Positions 17,082-28,000 of a stretch of DNA of 31,667 bases are shown here, piece after piece. The stretch's first letter is position 1; each line of letters opens with the position of its first letter. Both the position numbers and the translations under genes were made by a program. The notes under the pieces are model-generated. The model was not told where the DNA came from. It did no database searches and saw only the letters and a list, made by a program, of their open reading frames with translations. This DNA comes from a virus. Its lineage: Duplodnaviria > Caudoviricetes. The stretch covers positions 1 to 31,667 of the IMG/VR virus record IMGVR_UViG_3300012953_000118. One strand, 5' to 3'.

Positions 17082-17239
17082 TGAAGTGGGAAAGAAGTAA
17101 ATGTGTGTTTCCTAAAATGGGAACTAAAACACATCAATTAAGAAAAGGGGAAAAAAAAGTTGACCCTGAAAAAACTAAACAAATAGCAAAAGACAGAAAG
17201 AAGAGGTTACAAGAATGGAACAAGTGGCTGAAAGGCTAA
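17081..17239 (+). CDS. 52-aa basic hypothetical protein (not in ORF track)
   Basis: RBS AAGGAGG and TAATG coupling; MKWERSKCVFPKMGTKTHQLRKGEKKVDPEKTKQIAKDRKKRLQEWNKWLKG*. Confidence 0.65.
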   Translation: MKWERSKCVFPKMGTKTHQLRKGEKKVDPEKTKQIAKDRKKRLQEWNKWLKG

Positions 17240-17631
17240 AAGAAAAGTTCACGAAAGAATATACTTCAAAGTTTGACATTGATTTAAAATTTGGAGAAGA
17301 AGCTGAGTATAGCTTGGCTAATATATTGTCTTTAGGTAAAGTAGAAGTTAAAACAGAAAGAGACATCTGGAAGAGAACTGGAAATATAGTTATAGAGTTA
17401 AGAAGCAGAGGTAAATATAGCGGTTTAAGTGTTACAGAAGCTGAATGGTGGGCGCACATACTATCATATAAAGGCGTTAAAGAAGGCGTTATATTAATTC
17501 CTGTTGCATTACTTAAAATAAGAGTAAAACAACTTGTCAAAGAAGGCAAAGCTACTTTAACGGTAGGAGGAGATGACGATACAAGCGAAATAGTACTTAT
17601 TCCTATTAAGGAGATTCATGGAATCTTTTAA
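17215..17631 (+). CDS. PD-(D/E)XK-like nuclease-fold phage protein
   Basis: FDIDLKFGEEAE...VEVKTER...TGNIVIE...SGLSVTEAEWW; ExK motif. Confidence 0.65.
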   Translation: MEQVAERLKEKFTKEYTSKFDIDLKFGEEAEYSLANILSLGKVEVKTERDIWKRTGNIVIELRSRGKYSGLSVTEAEWWAHILSYKGVKEGVILIPVALLKIRVKQLVKEGKATLTVGGDDDTSEIVLIPIKEIHGIF

Positions 17632-17836
17632 AAGAAATAGGAATTATACTGGAGCTGTATTAAACGAGGAAAAACCAGGAAGATGGGTATCAAATAAACC
17701 TCTGTTTTTGTGCGGAAACAGGGGTTTATTCCCTGTATTTAAAACTGGTGGACCTACTGGTAGATTCCCTGTGAATCATCAGGAATTTGAACTAAGAAAT
17801 ATAGGAAAGGAAGATAACATTGAAGACAGAATATGA
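17618..17836 (+). CDS. Hypothetical protein
   Basis: 72 aa, RBS AAGGAG. Confidence 0.6.
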   Translation: MESFKRNRNYTGAVLNEEKPGRWVSNKPLFLCGNRGLFPVFKTGGPTGRFPVNHQEFELRNIGKEDNIEDRI

Positions 17837-17948
17837 CAAACGTAGACATCTCCAAGTACAATTAGACAAAGCAAACGAAGAGATTGCTTTTTTAAGAAGG
17901 GAGTTAGAGTTGTGCAAAGAAGCGACTATGAAAAAATCTCAAAAATAA
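17820..17948 (+). CDS. Possible 42-aa coiled-coil protein (TTG start, not in ORF track)
   Basis: GGAAAGGAAG upstream; MKTEYDKRRHLQVQLDKANEEIAFLRRELELCKEATMKKSQK* fills the gap between its neighbours. Confidence 0.4.
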   Translation: MKTEYDKRRHLQVQLDKANEEIAFLRRELELCKEATMKKSQK

Positions 17949-18190
17949 TAGAAGATGTAGTAGGTAAAGACACATTGATGTGTATAAGACTTTTAGAAGG
18001 TATTAAGTTTTATTTTGACAAAAAAGAAAGAGAAATACAAATAATAAGAACAGATTCAGAACCAATAACTTTTCAAGCATATAAAATATCTGAATGGAAA
18101 AAAAGCGCTGATAGAGCTATGAAAAGATACACTAACAAACTAAAGAAAGAAGCAAAAATTGAAACAGAGGCTTGTTCAATTACTGGCTGA
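17912..18190 (+). CDS. Hypothetical protein (GTG start)
   Basis: 92 aa, GGGAG upstream, fits the gene packing. Confidence 0.55.
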   Translation: MQRSDYEKISKIIEDVVGKDTLMCIRLLEGIKFYFDKKEREIQIIRTDSEPITFQAYKISEWKKSADRAMKRYTNKLKKEAKIETEACSITG

Positions 18191-18389
18191 GAATAAACTA
18201 GAAAAGTGCACAGTTTGTGGCACATATAAAAATCAGGCGGTTTACAGGTTTAGACATGCACAATTTGTGGATACTTGGGAACCGCCTATACTAGAGCCTA
18301 TGTGTAGGAAATGCGTTTACAGAGAATGTTATGGTAGTAAACACTACCGAAAGAAAATGAAAGAAAGGAGTTTAGATGGCAAACTTTAA
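18159..18389 (+). CDS. Small zinc-finger protein (start uncertain)
   Basis: CTVC...CRKC pair of CxxC motifs. Confidence 0.6.
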   Translation: MKQRLVQLLAENKLEKCTVCGTYKNQAVYRFRHAQFVDTWEPPILEPMCRKCVYRECYGSKHYRKKMKERSLDGKL

Positions 18390-18666
18390 GAAAAAGCCAA
18401 CAATAAAAGAAATAGCAAATGTAGTTGTCAACATTAACAACAGAGTTAATGAGATTGCAAATGTTGTTTCTAATCTTGATAATGTAATAGGTATGTATAT
18501 TAGAATGGAAGGTAAGTTAGAAGATTTTAATAAATACTTAGAAAAGAAAGCTAAGGAGATGGAAGATGACAAGAAAAAAGATGGAAAACCTGATACAAAA
18601 GATATTCAACCAGATTCAGGAAATGAGGGAAGCGGGTCAAAAGGAGTACGCAAGAAAGACAAGTAA
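18376..18666 (+). CDS. Hypothetical coiled-coil protein
   Basis: RBS AAAGGAG; internal repeat EIANVV x2; its C-terminal third overlaps the next gene. Confidence 0.65.
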   Translation: MANFKKKPTIKEIANVVVNINNRVNEIANVVSNLDNVIGMYIRMEGKLEDFNKYLEKKAKEMEDDKKKDGKPDTKDIQPDSGNEGSGSKGVRKKDK

Positions 18667-18916
18667 TGCTTTTGCTAACTTTGAAAGAGTTGCTGACCAC
18701 ATAGAGTGTAGTAGAGAGAAAGTTTTAATGGTCTATCTTTTAAAGCATATAGATGGAATAAGTTCGTATGTTAACGGTCATAAATCTCAAAGAGAAGATG
18801 TTAGAGGTCGAATAACAGATGCGATTGTTTATCTTTGTCTATTGTGGGGTATGGTAGAAGATGAAAGCAAACAAAGCAGAAACGTAGAATACTTAAGAAA
18901 GATAAAAAATGATTAA
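18566..18916 (+). CDS. All-alpha nucleotide pyrophosphohydrolase-like / nucleotide-modification-associated protein
   Basis: KEYA...AFANFER...LKHIDGI...EDVRGRITDAIVYLCLL resembles DUF1599/MazG-like phage families; RBS AAGGAG. Confidence 0.55.
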   Translation: MTRKKMENLIQKIFNQIQEMREAGQKEYARKTSNAFANFERVADHIECSREKVLMVYLLKHIDGISSYVNGHKSQREDVRGRITDAIVYLCLLWGMVEDESKQSRNVEYLRKIKND

Positions 18917-19097
18917 ATGTAAAAAATGTGGAGAGCTAATTGGACATAGTGCTCCTGTTTACAAAGCGTCAAGAGGGTTTTTAGGTGAAGACGGTACTTT
19001 TCATGAAGATGAATCAGTTGTTATTCATATGGATTGTTATTATGATTTTACTTATGACCCTTTTGTAGCTATAGAAAAAGCTATAAAAGATAATTAA
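18909..19097 (+). CDS. Small zinc-finger protein (CxxC...HxxC)
   Basis: MIKCKKCGELI...IHMDCYY. Confidence 0.65.
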   Translation: MIKCKKCGELIGHSAPVYKASRGFLGEDGTFHEDESVVIHMDCYYDFTYDPFVAIEKAIKDN

Positions 19098-22000
19098 AAT
19101 AAATCAAAACTACTACCAGGAGTAGGAGGGCTAGCAGAATTGAGCTGTGAGCTTGATTCTTTTGCTATTCCTGACATTGGAAAGCCAAATACTTTTTCAG
19201 GAATTCTCATTGGATTCTTAAATATGTTTTGCTCAGGATGAAATAAATCTCTTCCCATTCTTCCAAACGGAAACATAGTCCACATATAATAATCAGCTAA
19301 TTTAGTATAATCATCTTCAGCAAGTTCTCTTACAATAGATATAGGAAACCTTGCTACAGGAGGAGTTATCATTTGAAGCGGAGCTAATGCTCCAGGATAA
19401 GTTCCAAAGAATGCTCTTTCTCTAGTTTTTTCATCACCAAAAAACCAATCAGCTGTATCTTGGAACCAAGAATAAGGAGCTGGTATAGTTTGCTCAAACA
19501 TTGAATACATAAATGCTGAACCTAAAGCCATTACCATAATATCAGCAGTCATCATTCTTTTTAATTTATTCATTCCAGGACTACCCTCTTTATAACCATA
19601 TCTTTTAGCTTGTTTTCTTACATCATTTCTAAATCTTACAGCATTCCAAGCCCATAATTGAAAACGAGACATTACTTTACCAACACCAGAACGAGCAAAA
19701 CCAGGTCTAAATGGAGCTGAATACAAGAATTGAGTAGCTTTTACACCCCTGTTAGCTATTTCTATTAATATAGGGCTATTAGGGTCTGTAATTGCACCAC
19801 CTAATCTTTCATAAGCTTTAATATAATGAGACATCCAAGCATCTTTTCTTATATGTCTTTCTGGAATAGTCATAAATTTACCAGCAATATCAACTATTTT
19901 ATCTGTTAATTTGTATTTTTTCTTTAAATAAGACAAATCTTCTTTAGTTACTTCTTTGTTACCTGTAGCTTTAGAAGCAAGTTCATTAACAAAATCTTGA
20001 TTTTTAAGAGCACGAATACTTTTGTCTAATCCTAATTCTGATTTAGCCATTTCTAATTGAACACCGTGTTCATCTAAAAATTTAAAAACATCTTGTTTTG
20101 TTTTAAGTTTAGGATTTAATGTTTGCAAATAATCGTAATTATATACTTTTCTCATAGCATCAGTTCCCACAGATTGCCAAGTATGCATACTACCACCAAA
20201 CACATTATTTATAGGAGTTTTAGGATGAGTCATTAAACTAGCTAATTGAAATCTAGCCTCAATGTTAGATAACTTTTGAACATCATAATTATCAAGCCCT
20301 TGTAATTCTTTAGGTAATTTACCATCTTTAATTAAACCTAATGCTTTTCCCATTTTATTAACATTATTAGCTGCTATGTTATCAGCAAACCAACCAGCTG
20401 GAGTTGTAGAAAGATGCAAACCAGGGTTATTCCAAGCAGCTTCAGAAACTACTGTAGGCATACCTTGTGCTTGTTTAACAAAATCAGACCAAAAATAATT
20501 CCAATTTTTAACTACTTCTTTAGCTTCGTTAAAATCAGCTTCTTTACCTTTTTTAGCTGTTTTTGTAGAACTATTATACCATTTAGGATTTTCTACAATG
20601 TTTTTATAATTAGTTTTATTCATTGAGTTTAAAGTCCACCTAGTCAATAAATTTGTCAAACCACCATACAGGTCTCTAGTTGTGTTTTGTATATACATAG
20701 AATGTATAGCTGGGTCCATTAACCATTTAGTTTTATGGTATTCTCTTTTTTTAGAACTTCCAGCTCTACTTGTAATACTAGGTAAATTTTGAATATTTAA
20801 TCTTGATTGTTCTGAAGCAACTAATTGAGCTTTCATAGCAGGAAACATAGCTGCATCTAATGCAGTTTGAAAATCAACTTGTTGACCTATTTCATAATCT
20901 CCAGTTTGAAATTTATATCTATTTACTAATGATTTATACTCAGTAATATAATCATTAAGACCGTTTTCATACTCTTTATTTCCTTTTACTGTTCCAGCTG
21001 TTACATTTTTAAGTAAATCATTATATTTTTTAGAAACTTCAGCTAATTCTTTATTTAAAGCTTCCTTCATTCCACTGTTGTCAGGCCAATAATGAGGAAC
21101 GTATCCTTTTCTTTTGCCTGTTAAAGGAACAATAACTTTTTCTAATTTTTTTATATTAACGTCTTTATCAGGTAACCAACCTTTTTTATCTTTTAATTCT
21201 TTATACTTAGATATACTAATAGTTTTTTCAGTAGTTTTTTTAGTCTTTGGATTGTAAACTCTTTTTACATATTGAGTAATAGGCATTAATTCAATAGCCA
21301 TAGAATTCATTAGTTGTCTCATACCATCAGCACCTGCATGAATAGCAAACTCTAATGCTTTGTCAGGACCTTTATAATAAGCTTTAGACAAATCAGTCAT
21401 AAATCTGTTTATATTTAATATTCTATGAGTTTTATAAGTTGCTCCCCCAGGGTCCATATCATAAAAACCAAGAGTATACTCTGCTAAAGGATGTTTTTTC
21501 CAATTATTAGAACCAGATTTTTCCCATAAATATTTTTCATTTTTAGGTATTTTAGAATATTCTGCATTAGATATAGTTTGGAAAACTCCTCTATTAAGTT
21601 GGTCCATACCATTATAATGATTTTCCATTATATTTTCTACCATTTCAACAATTTTTTTACCATTGTATGTTTTCCTAGTTTTTTCACCTAAATCTAAAAC
21701 ATACTTTTTATTTTTTAAAACATTCCAAGATAAACCATCTTGAATTCTTTTAAGATTATCTTTATATATTTGTTGTATTTCAGGAGTTTCATAGTTTACT
21801 CTACTTTCTCTTGTAGCTAAAGCTATATTATGAAGGTCAATTCCTTCATTACCTGGCAATTGGCTTAAAAATCTTACTTTTTTAGTCAAATCATTTACTA
21901 GCCTATTAGAATGAGCTTCTTGCATACTCGAAACTCTATGTATTTGACCTTGCATTATTTCGCCATGAGAAGTTGGATATAAAACATCTACTTCTTTTGG

Positions 22001-25000
22001 TTCTCCTTTATCCCAAGATTTTTGATATTTCTTTTTATGAACTTTTACTACAGCTTCTGATAATTGTTCATTACTTACCATTAAAGGAAATTGCATTTGA
22101 TTTCTTGCTTTTAAAGATAATCTTTTTAATAAAGGAAGTTTTTTCTCCCAACGCTTGTGCATACTTCCTTCTTTCAATTGTTTATAAGTAGCTATTATGT
22201 TTTTATAATCTTTTAAATTTAACTGAGAAATAGGTTTCATTACAGGGTCCATAGGGTCTATATAAGAATAAAGCATTTCTATTGTTTTGTCAAATTTATT
22301 CATATCAAAACTAGAATCGTTTTTTATTAGATTTGCAAGCTCAGATACTACTTCTCTTTGTTCTTGATTCACATTGCCTTTTCTTAAATCTTTTAAATTT
22401 TCTTTTATATCTGAAACCGCATTAGACAATTTTATTTCTTTTATTTTTTCGTTAAAATCCATTGACTTAAGTACTTTGCTTTCTTTGTACTTTTTAACAT
22501 GATTCTTTACTTTAGGAGGTATATTTTTATTTGTCGTTGTTGTAGTAGGGTTTGTATACAATCTTCCTTGTTCTTTAAGAAATTCTATTAAATTTTTACT
22601 AGCTATTTCTTTAGAGTTAAAAGCAGTTAATGTAGTATTTGCTCTAGCGCCTTGTTTGTATAAAGCTTTTAGTCCTGGCTGTTTTAAACTATCTTTTTTA
22701 GGTAATCTAAAAAACTTTTGTTGTTTTTCATTAGTACGTTTACTTCTTAATGAACCTAACATATAAAAATCAAACATATCTTTAGCGTAATCTGAAGATA
22801 AAGACTCTTTAAATTGTCTTATTAACATATCTGTTTGAATTTGGTCTAATACAGCTGTCCCTTTAGTTTTATCTAATTGTTTTGCTTTTACACTAGAAGG
22901 TTTACTTTTTTGTATTGCAGACATCAATTGATTAATTTCTGGAACTTCTGATTTTCCATATGTTAAATTACTTTCATCTACTGTTAAATGTATAGGTTCT
23001 TCACTGCTTCTTTGTTTTTGTTTTTTTCTATCATTATTTTTAAGAAATTCAGTAAAATCTTGTATTTTTCTCATTTCATCTGCTTGTATTTTTTTATTGT
23101 TTTTAACAGATTTTTGATATTGTTTAAGTATAACATTTAAAGAAGTACTTTCTGTTACAGAATTGTCAAGATATTCTTCAGCTGTACGCAAAGAATTTTC
23201 TAATTTTGCAAGCACTTCTGGTTGAGTATCTTTTTCTTTAATGCCATGCCAATAGTCTTCTATTTTAGCTTTACGAAACATGTTTATAATAGATTTAGGA
23301 GATTTTTCAGAAAGCTGTTCTCTTTTCCATCTATTATTTAATTGATTTGCATAAACAAAATTTATTTGTTTTTGTATAGTAGGTTGTTTTAAAGTAGTAG
23401 CATCTAATAGTTTTCTCCATCTATTTTGATTTCCTAAATTACCAACTACTTTATTATGAGTATTAATTAATTTATCAAATTTAGCCTTATCTAATCTGTC
23501 AAATGTTGTAACTCTAGTGTCTACAGGTTTTAACATATTAGCAATATGAGGAAGTAAGGATGTTTTTCCTTCTTCTGGAATACGTTTTAAGTTTTTTAAT
23601 AATCCTTGGACTTCATCAAAACTCCAACTTCTATTGTTTTTATAATCCCAACCAAAAAAAGCACTATTTAAATTAGATATTAAATCGTATCTACTTTCTT
23701 TGGACACATTTGGAGTGTATTTTCTTTTCATACCTAATGTTAATTTATTATAAAAAGGAGCATCAGGAACTACACCTTCTTCAAATCCAGTTTTACCTGT
23801 ATTTAATTCCATTACTTCAAATTTCTTTTTACTATAATAAGCTTCATTTAATAATTTTTGCATTCCACTATAATCTATTAATCCAAGAACGTTTGCAGGG
23901 TCAGCTGTATATCTAACAAGAGCAGAAGATAACCATATTTGTTTTCTTTTGTCAACTTCACTTGATTTAGCTTCTCTAAATATTCTATATGCAATAGGGT
24001 TTGGCAATTTAACACGTTTTCCGTTTACGTTTTTGTGAGTCATAGTACCAGTTTCCATAACATCTTGACCACCGCTTCCAACTACTGAGCTCCAAGCTAT
24101 TCTAGAATTTTGAACCAAAGATACAGCAGAAGGCATAAGCTGCCTAGAATCAGCAGTTTTTTGACCAACCATACCTCTAATTGATGGCGAAAATTGCATA
24201 TAAGGATTTAAATTAGCTTCATTTTGTGACATATCGAATAAAAATTGTATTCTATCTTTTAATTTAACTTCATTTAAGTTTGAATTTTCTGGTTTTACTG
24301 CTTCTTGTTGTATCATTTTTTCTACATCTAAAACTATATCTTTTTTAAACATATCTTTAACGTCTACAAATTTACCTGTTTCTGGATGTATAAATTCTTC
24401 AGATTGTCTTTTATACATTTTTATATGTTCAGGTCTAAGACCTTGACCAGCTCCATCTGAATGTCTACCTCCAAAAAATACAAAATCAGAATCAGCGTCT
24501 AAATCAGCACCTCCTAGCATTTCCATGGCTCTTCCATGTAAAAGTGTACCATAATCATTTATACCGCTAAATCCTATCAATTTTAACGCTTGAGCACCAG
24601 ATGCTGCATCTTGAGGAACTCTAACTGTTAGTCCTGTTAGCAATTCTGCGTATTTAGCTTTATTAACTGGATTTTTTTCTATTTCAGATGCTTTTAATGT
24701 ATCTTCTAATGTTGATTCTTTTCTTTTAACAGAGTCATAAAATGGTAATTTTTTATATAAATTGCCTAAAACTAATAATTCATGAGAAGGAACCCCGTGC
24801 ATTTTCATAGATAATTTATCATCATTAAGCTGAGGAAACTTTTCTTGTAAAGCTTTGTCATAAGGTCTCATTCTACCTTTTAATGAATTTTTTAACTTAG
24901 GTTTAAATACTTTGTCAGCTATAAATTTATTAATAGCAGCTTGTACAACTCCTCTTGTGTATTTTCCGTGATATAAAGGAAATTGATTTTCACCTAAAGA

Positions 25001-28000
25001 AGCAGCATGTTGTATAATATTATCTGCAGCAGTTCTAAAGTCAGCAATGTTATTCATTTGTCCTTCTAAATTGCCTAATTCAGCTTCCATTCTAAGGTTT
25101 GAAATAGATTTAGCTGAAGAATTTATCATTTCTAATATCATTTTATTAGCAAGTGATTCGTTTCCAGGAGTAGTTAATACTTTTTCTATTTGTCTTATTC
25201 CCAAAGTATCAAAATGTTCTCTTATAAAAGCTTCTTCAGTACCTGGTATAGTTGCTTTTTCTTTTAAAATTTTAGATAATTCTCTATTTGATGATTCTTG
25301 TCCATTAAAAGCAGATTCGGCTAAATCTTTTTTCCAATTATTTAAAACAGATGCATTAGCAGATTTTAACATATGCTCATGTGGCATTATGTTTAATTGT
25401 TTTGGAGTAGGAACACCTACATGTTTACCATTTTTTATTCCAAGACTATTTACAGAATCATATACTCCATAATTATATCTAAACGAACCTGGGTCTATTT
25501 CTATTACTTCAGCGCCTTCTGTTAACTCTAATTTTCCATTTTTTATCTCATAATTACCAGATTTATATTTACCTAATTGCTTAGCAGAACTTTCATATAT
25601 TATAAAATTAATACCATCTTTAAGCTTAGGATTGTTTGTTTTAAACTCTCTCATCATTTTAGCCATATCAGGCAAAACCTTATGAGACATATATTTAGCT
25701 ATAATACCATCTTGAAAAAATACAGATTTTTCTTGTCCTTGATAGTTTCCACCTCTATCTCTTTGCTGAGCATTTATAGTTTTGTTTTCTCCTAATATAG
25801 CTCCGTCAGTAGATTGTAAAAGTTCAGCATTTTTAGCCCCTACTAATTCAACAAGTTTATTAGAATCTCTAACTATAACAGCTTTATAATTACCTTGTTC
25901 GCTTAATTTAAGATTGCCTACTTCTCTAGTATTGTTAATAAACATTTTATCACCTCTCCAACCAGTGTTCATTAAAACAGGTAATCTTTTGTTTAGCTTT
26001 ACAGTATTATTAATGTATCCATCTTTGCCAATAAACAAACTAGCTTCTGATAAAGGTATATTATTTATAGCAGCATGATAGGCAATGTTTGATTGCATTC
26101 CTTTTATTTCATCTGCAAATGTTGTTTCATATAAAGACTTTAATGCATCTCTACTAGTTTCTTCAGATAATTTAGTTTTTACATCTTGAGGTATTTTAAC
26201 TTTCTTTAAATCTGGATGATATTTAACAAATACTATTTTATCTTTATCACCCTCTCCTCCCCAAATATGCATATCGTGTTTTTCTTTCATTTCCTTTACA
26301 GTATTAATAATTGCTTTTCTTTTACGTAAATTTGCTTCTTTAAAAGCAGCCTCATATGTTTCGTATTTAAGATTGCCTAAGCCATCAACTTCGGAAATAA
26401 GTCTATTTGCCATAGTGCTTTCATACCTAGTAAGCTCTATGCCATCAATTCTTTGCAGGTAAGTATGTACAGGGTCGTCTCCTTTTTTACCGTATCTATT
26501 AAATTCTTTTTCTAATGGACTTTCAGGAGCGTTTTGACCTTTCTTACCTAAATCAGATGATAATTGAATAGAACCAATTTGTCCATCAGTATTAATTTCA
26601 CTAATAGGGTTTCCATATTTTTTAGCAACAAGCCATTGACGTAGACTTCCTTTTAATTCTTCTGGAAGAGTTTTATATTTTGACTTTGCTTGAATTTCAT
26701 TTATAAAATCAGTAGAACGAGTTTCAAATATTCCTTTCTCATTCATTTCTAAGTCTTGTTTACTTTTATTAATATACTGTTCAGATATAGAACTAGCAAT
26801 TTCAGATATTTCATTTAACTTGTTTTGTCTAGCAATATTCTCTGGAAAATCTTTAACAAATTTTGCATCATTTAATAAGCCATATATAATTCTGTTTTTT
26901 AAATCTGAATTAAGTTGAAATTCAACAGTAGAACCAGTTTCAAAATTAGACAAATCAATATCAAGGTTATTTTCTTTTTTTATAGTTTCAATGTTCTGAC
27001 CTTTGTTATTCGCTGCAAATGACTGTTTTTCAATCATATTATGCGCAATGCTCATTACCTTATTGTTTACATTGTTTGGCGTTATAAAGGCTATTTTATC
27101 GCCTAATTCGGGTATTGTGTCTATTATCTCAAATGTTCCAAATTCTTTTGTAAGTGGATTTTCTTTAGCTGGATTCCACTTAAGAGTTCCTAATTCTTTA
27201 TTTATAACATATAATGGTTTACCTGTATTTATAGCTAATTGACCATTTATTTTTTGTAATAAAGCTAGACCATCTAAAGAGCTGTTTACCTTAGCATCAG
27301 CTATAACTATAGAATCTGCTAATCTCATTCTATATGCATCTCTTCTTAAAGCTTTATAAGCATTTCCAGTAGTTCCATATCTAAGAGAATTTACGTCAAA
27401 GTCTCTTACATCTGCCCCAGCTTTTCTTGATATTTCTGCTCTTCTGTTGTAATCTTGAATAGCACTAGTAACATACTTGTCTTGTTTGTCTAAGTTTCTA
27501 GGTGTAATAATAACTTCATCACCTTTACCAACCTTACCGCCTCTTTGATTAGGCATTTTTATTTGAAAGGTATTAATGCCTTCTTCAGCTGCTTTTTCTG
27601 ATAATATAGAGTCAAACCCTCTACTACCAGATGTTAATATAAATTTGTCTTTATTTCTAACTATAGGTTTTTTAACTTCAGGTTTTTTAACTTCAGGTTT
27701 TAAAACCATATTATCTAAATATTTAATAGTTTGCTTTTTAGTTAAAGAAGCGCCTGTTTTAGATAATCCTAATTCTTTATTAACATTATATTGTTTAAAT
27801 TTTCCATATCTAGAATGAACTCCAAAATCACCTGGTTTTAATTTTTTACCACCACCTATAAATCCAAGAGCTTTCATAGCATCTACCTGTGATTGCTTTC
27901 TTGGGGATGGATTTGTAGGCGATTCGCCTTTTGCTATAGTTTTATCTTCTGGAAATTTTTTGTCTAATTTCCTAGCAGCTTCGGCAACTTTTTTAGGATA

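Noticed and set aside
9335-18572. Minus-strand ORFs within the rightward block (9335, 13145, 13756, 15061, 16132, 17175, 18372)
   Set aside because: Antisense shadows of motif-bearing plus-strand genes.
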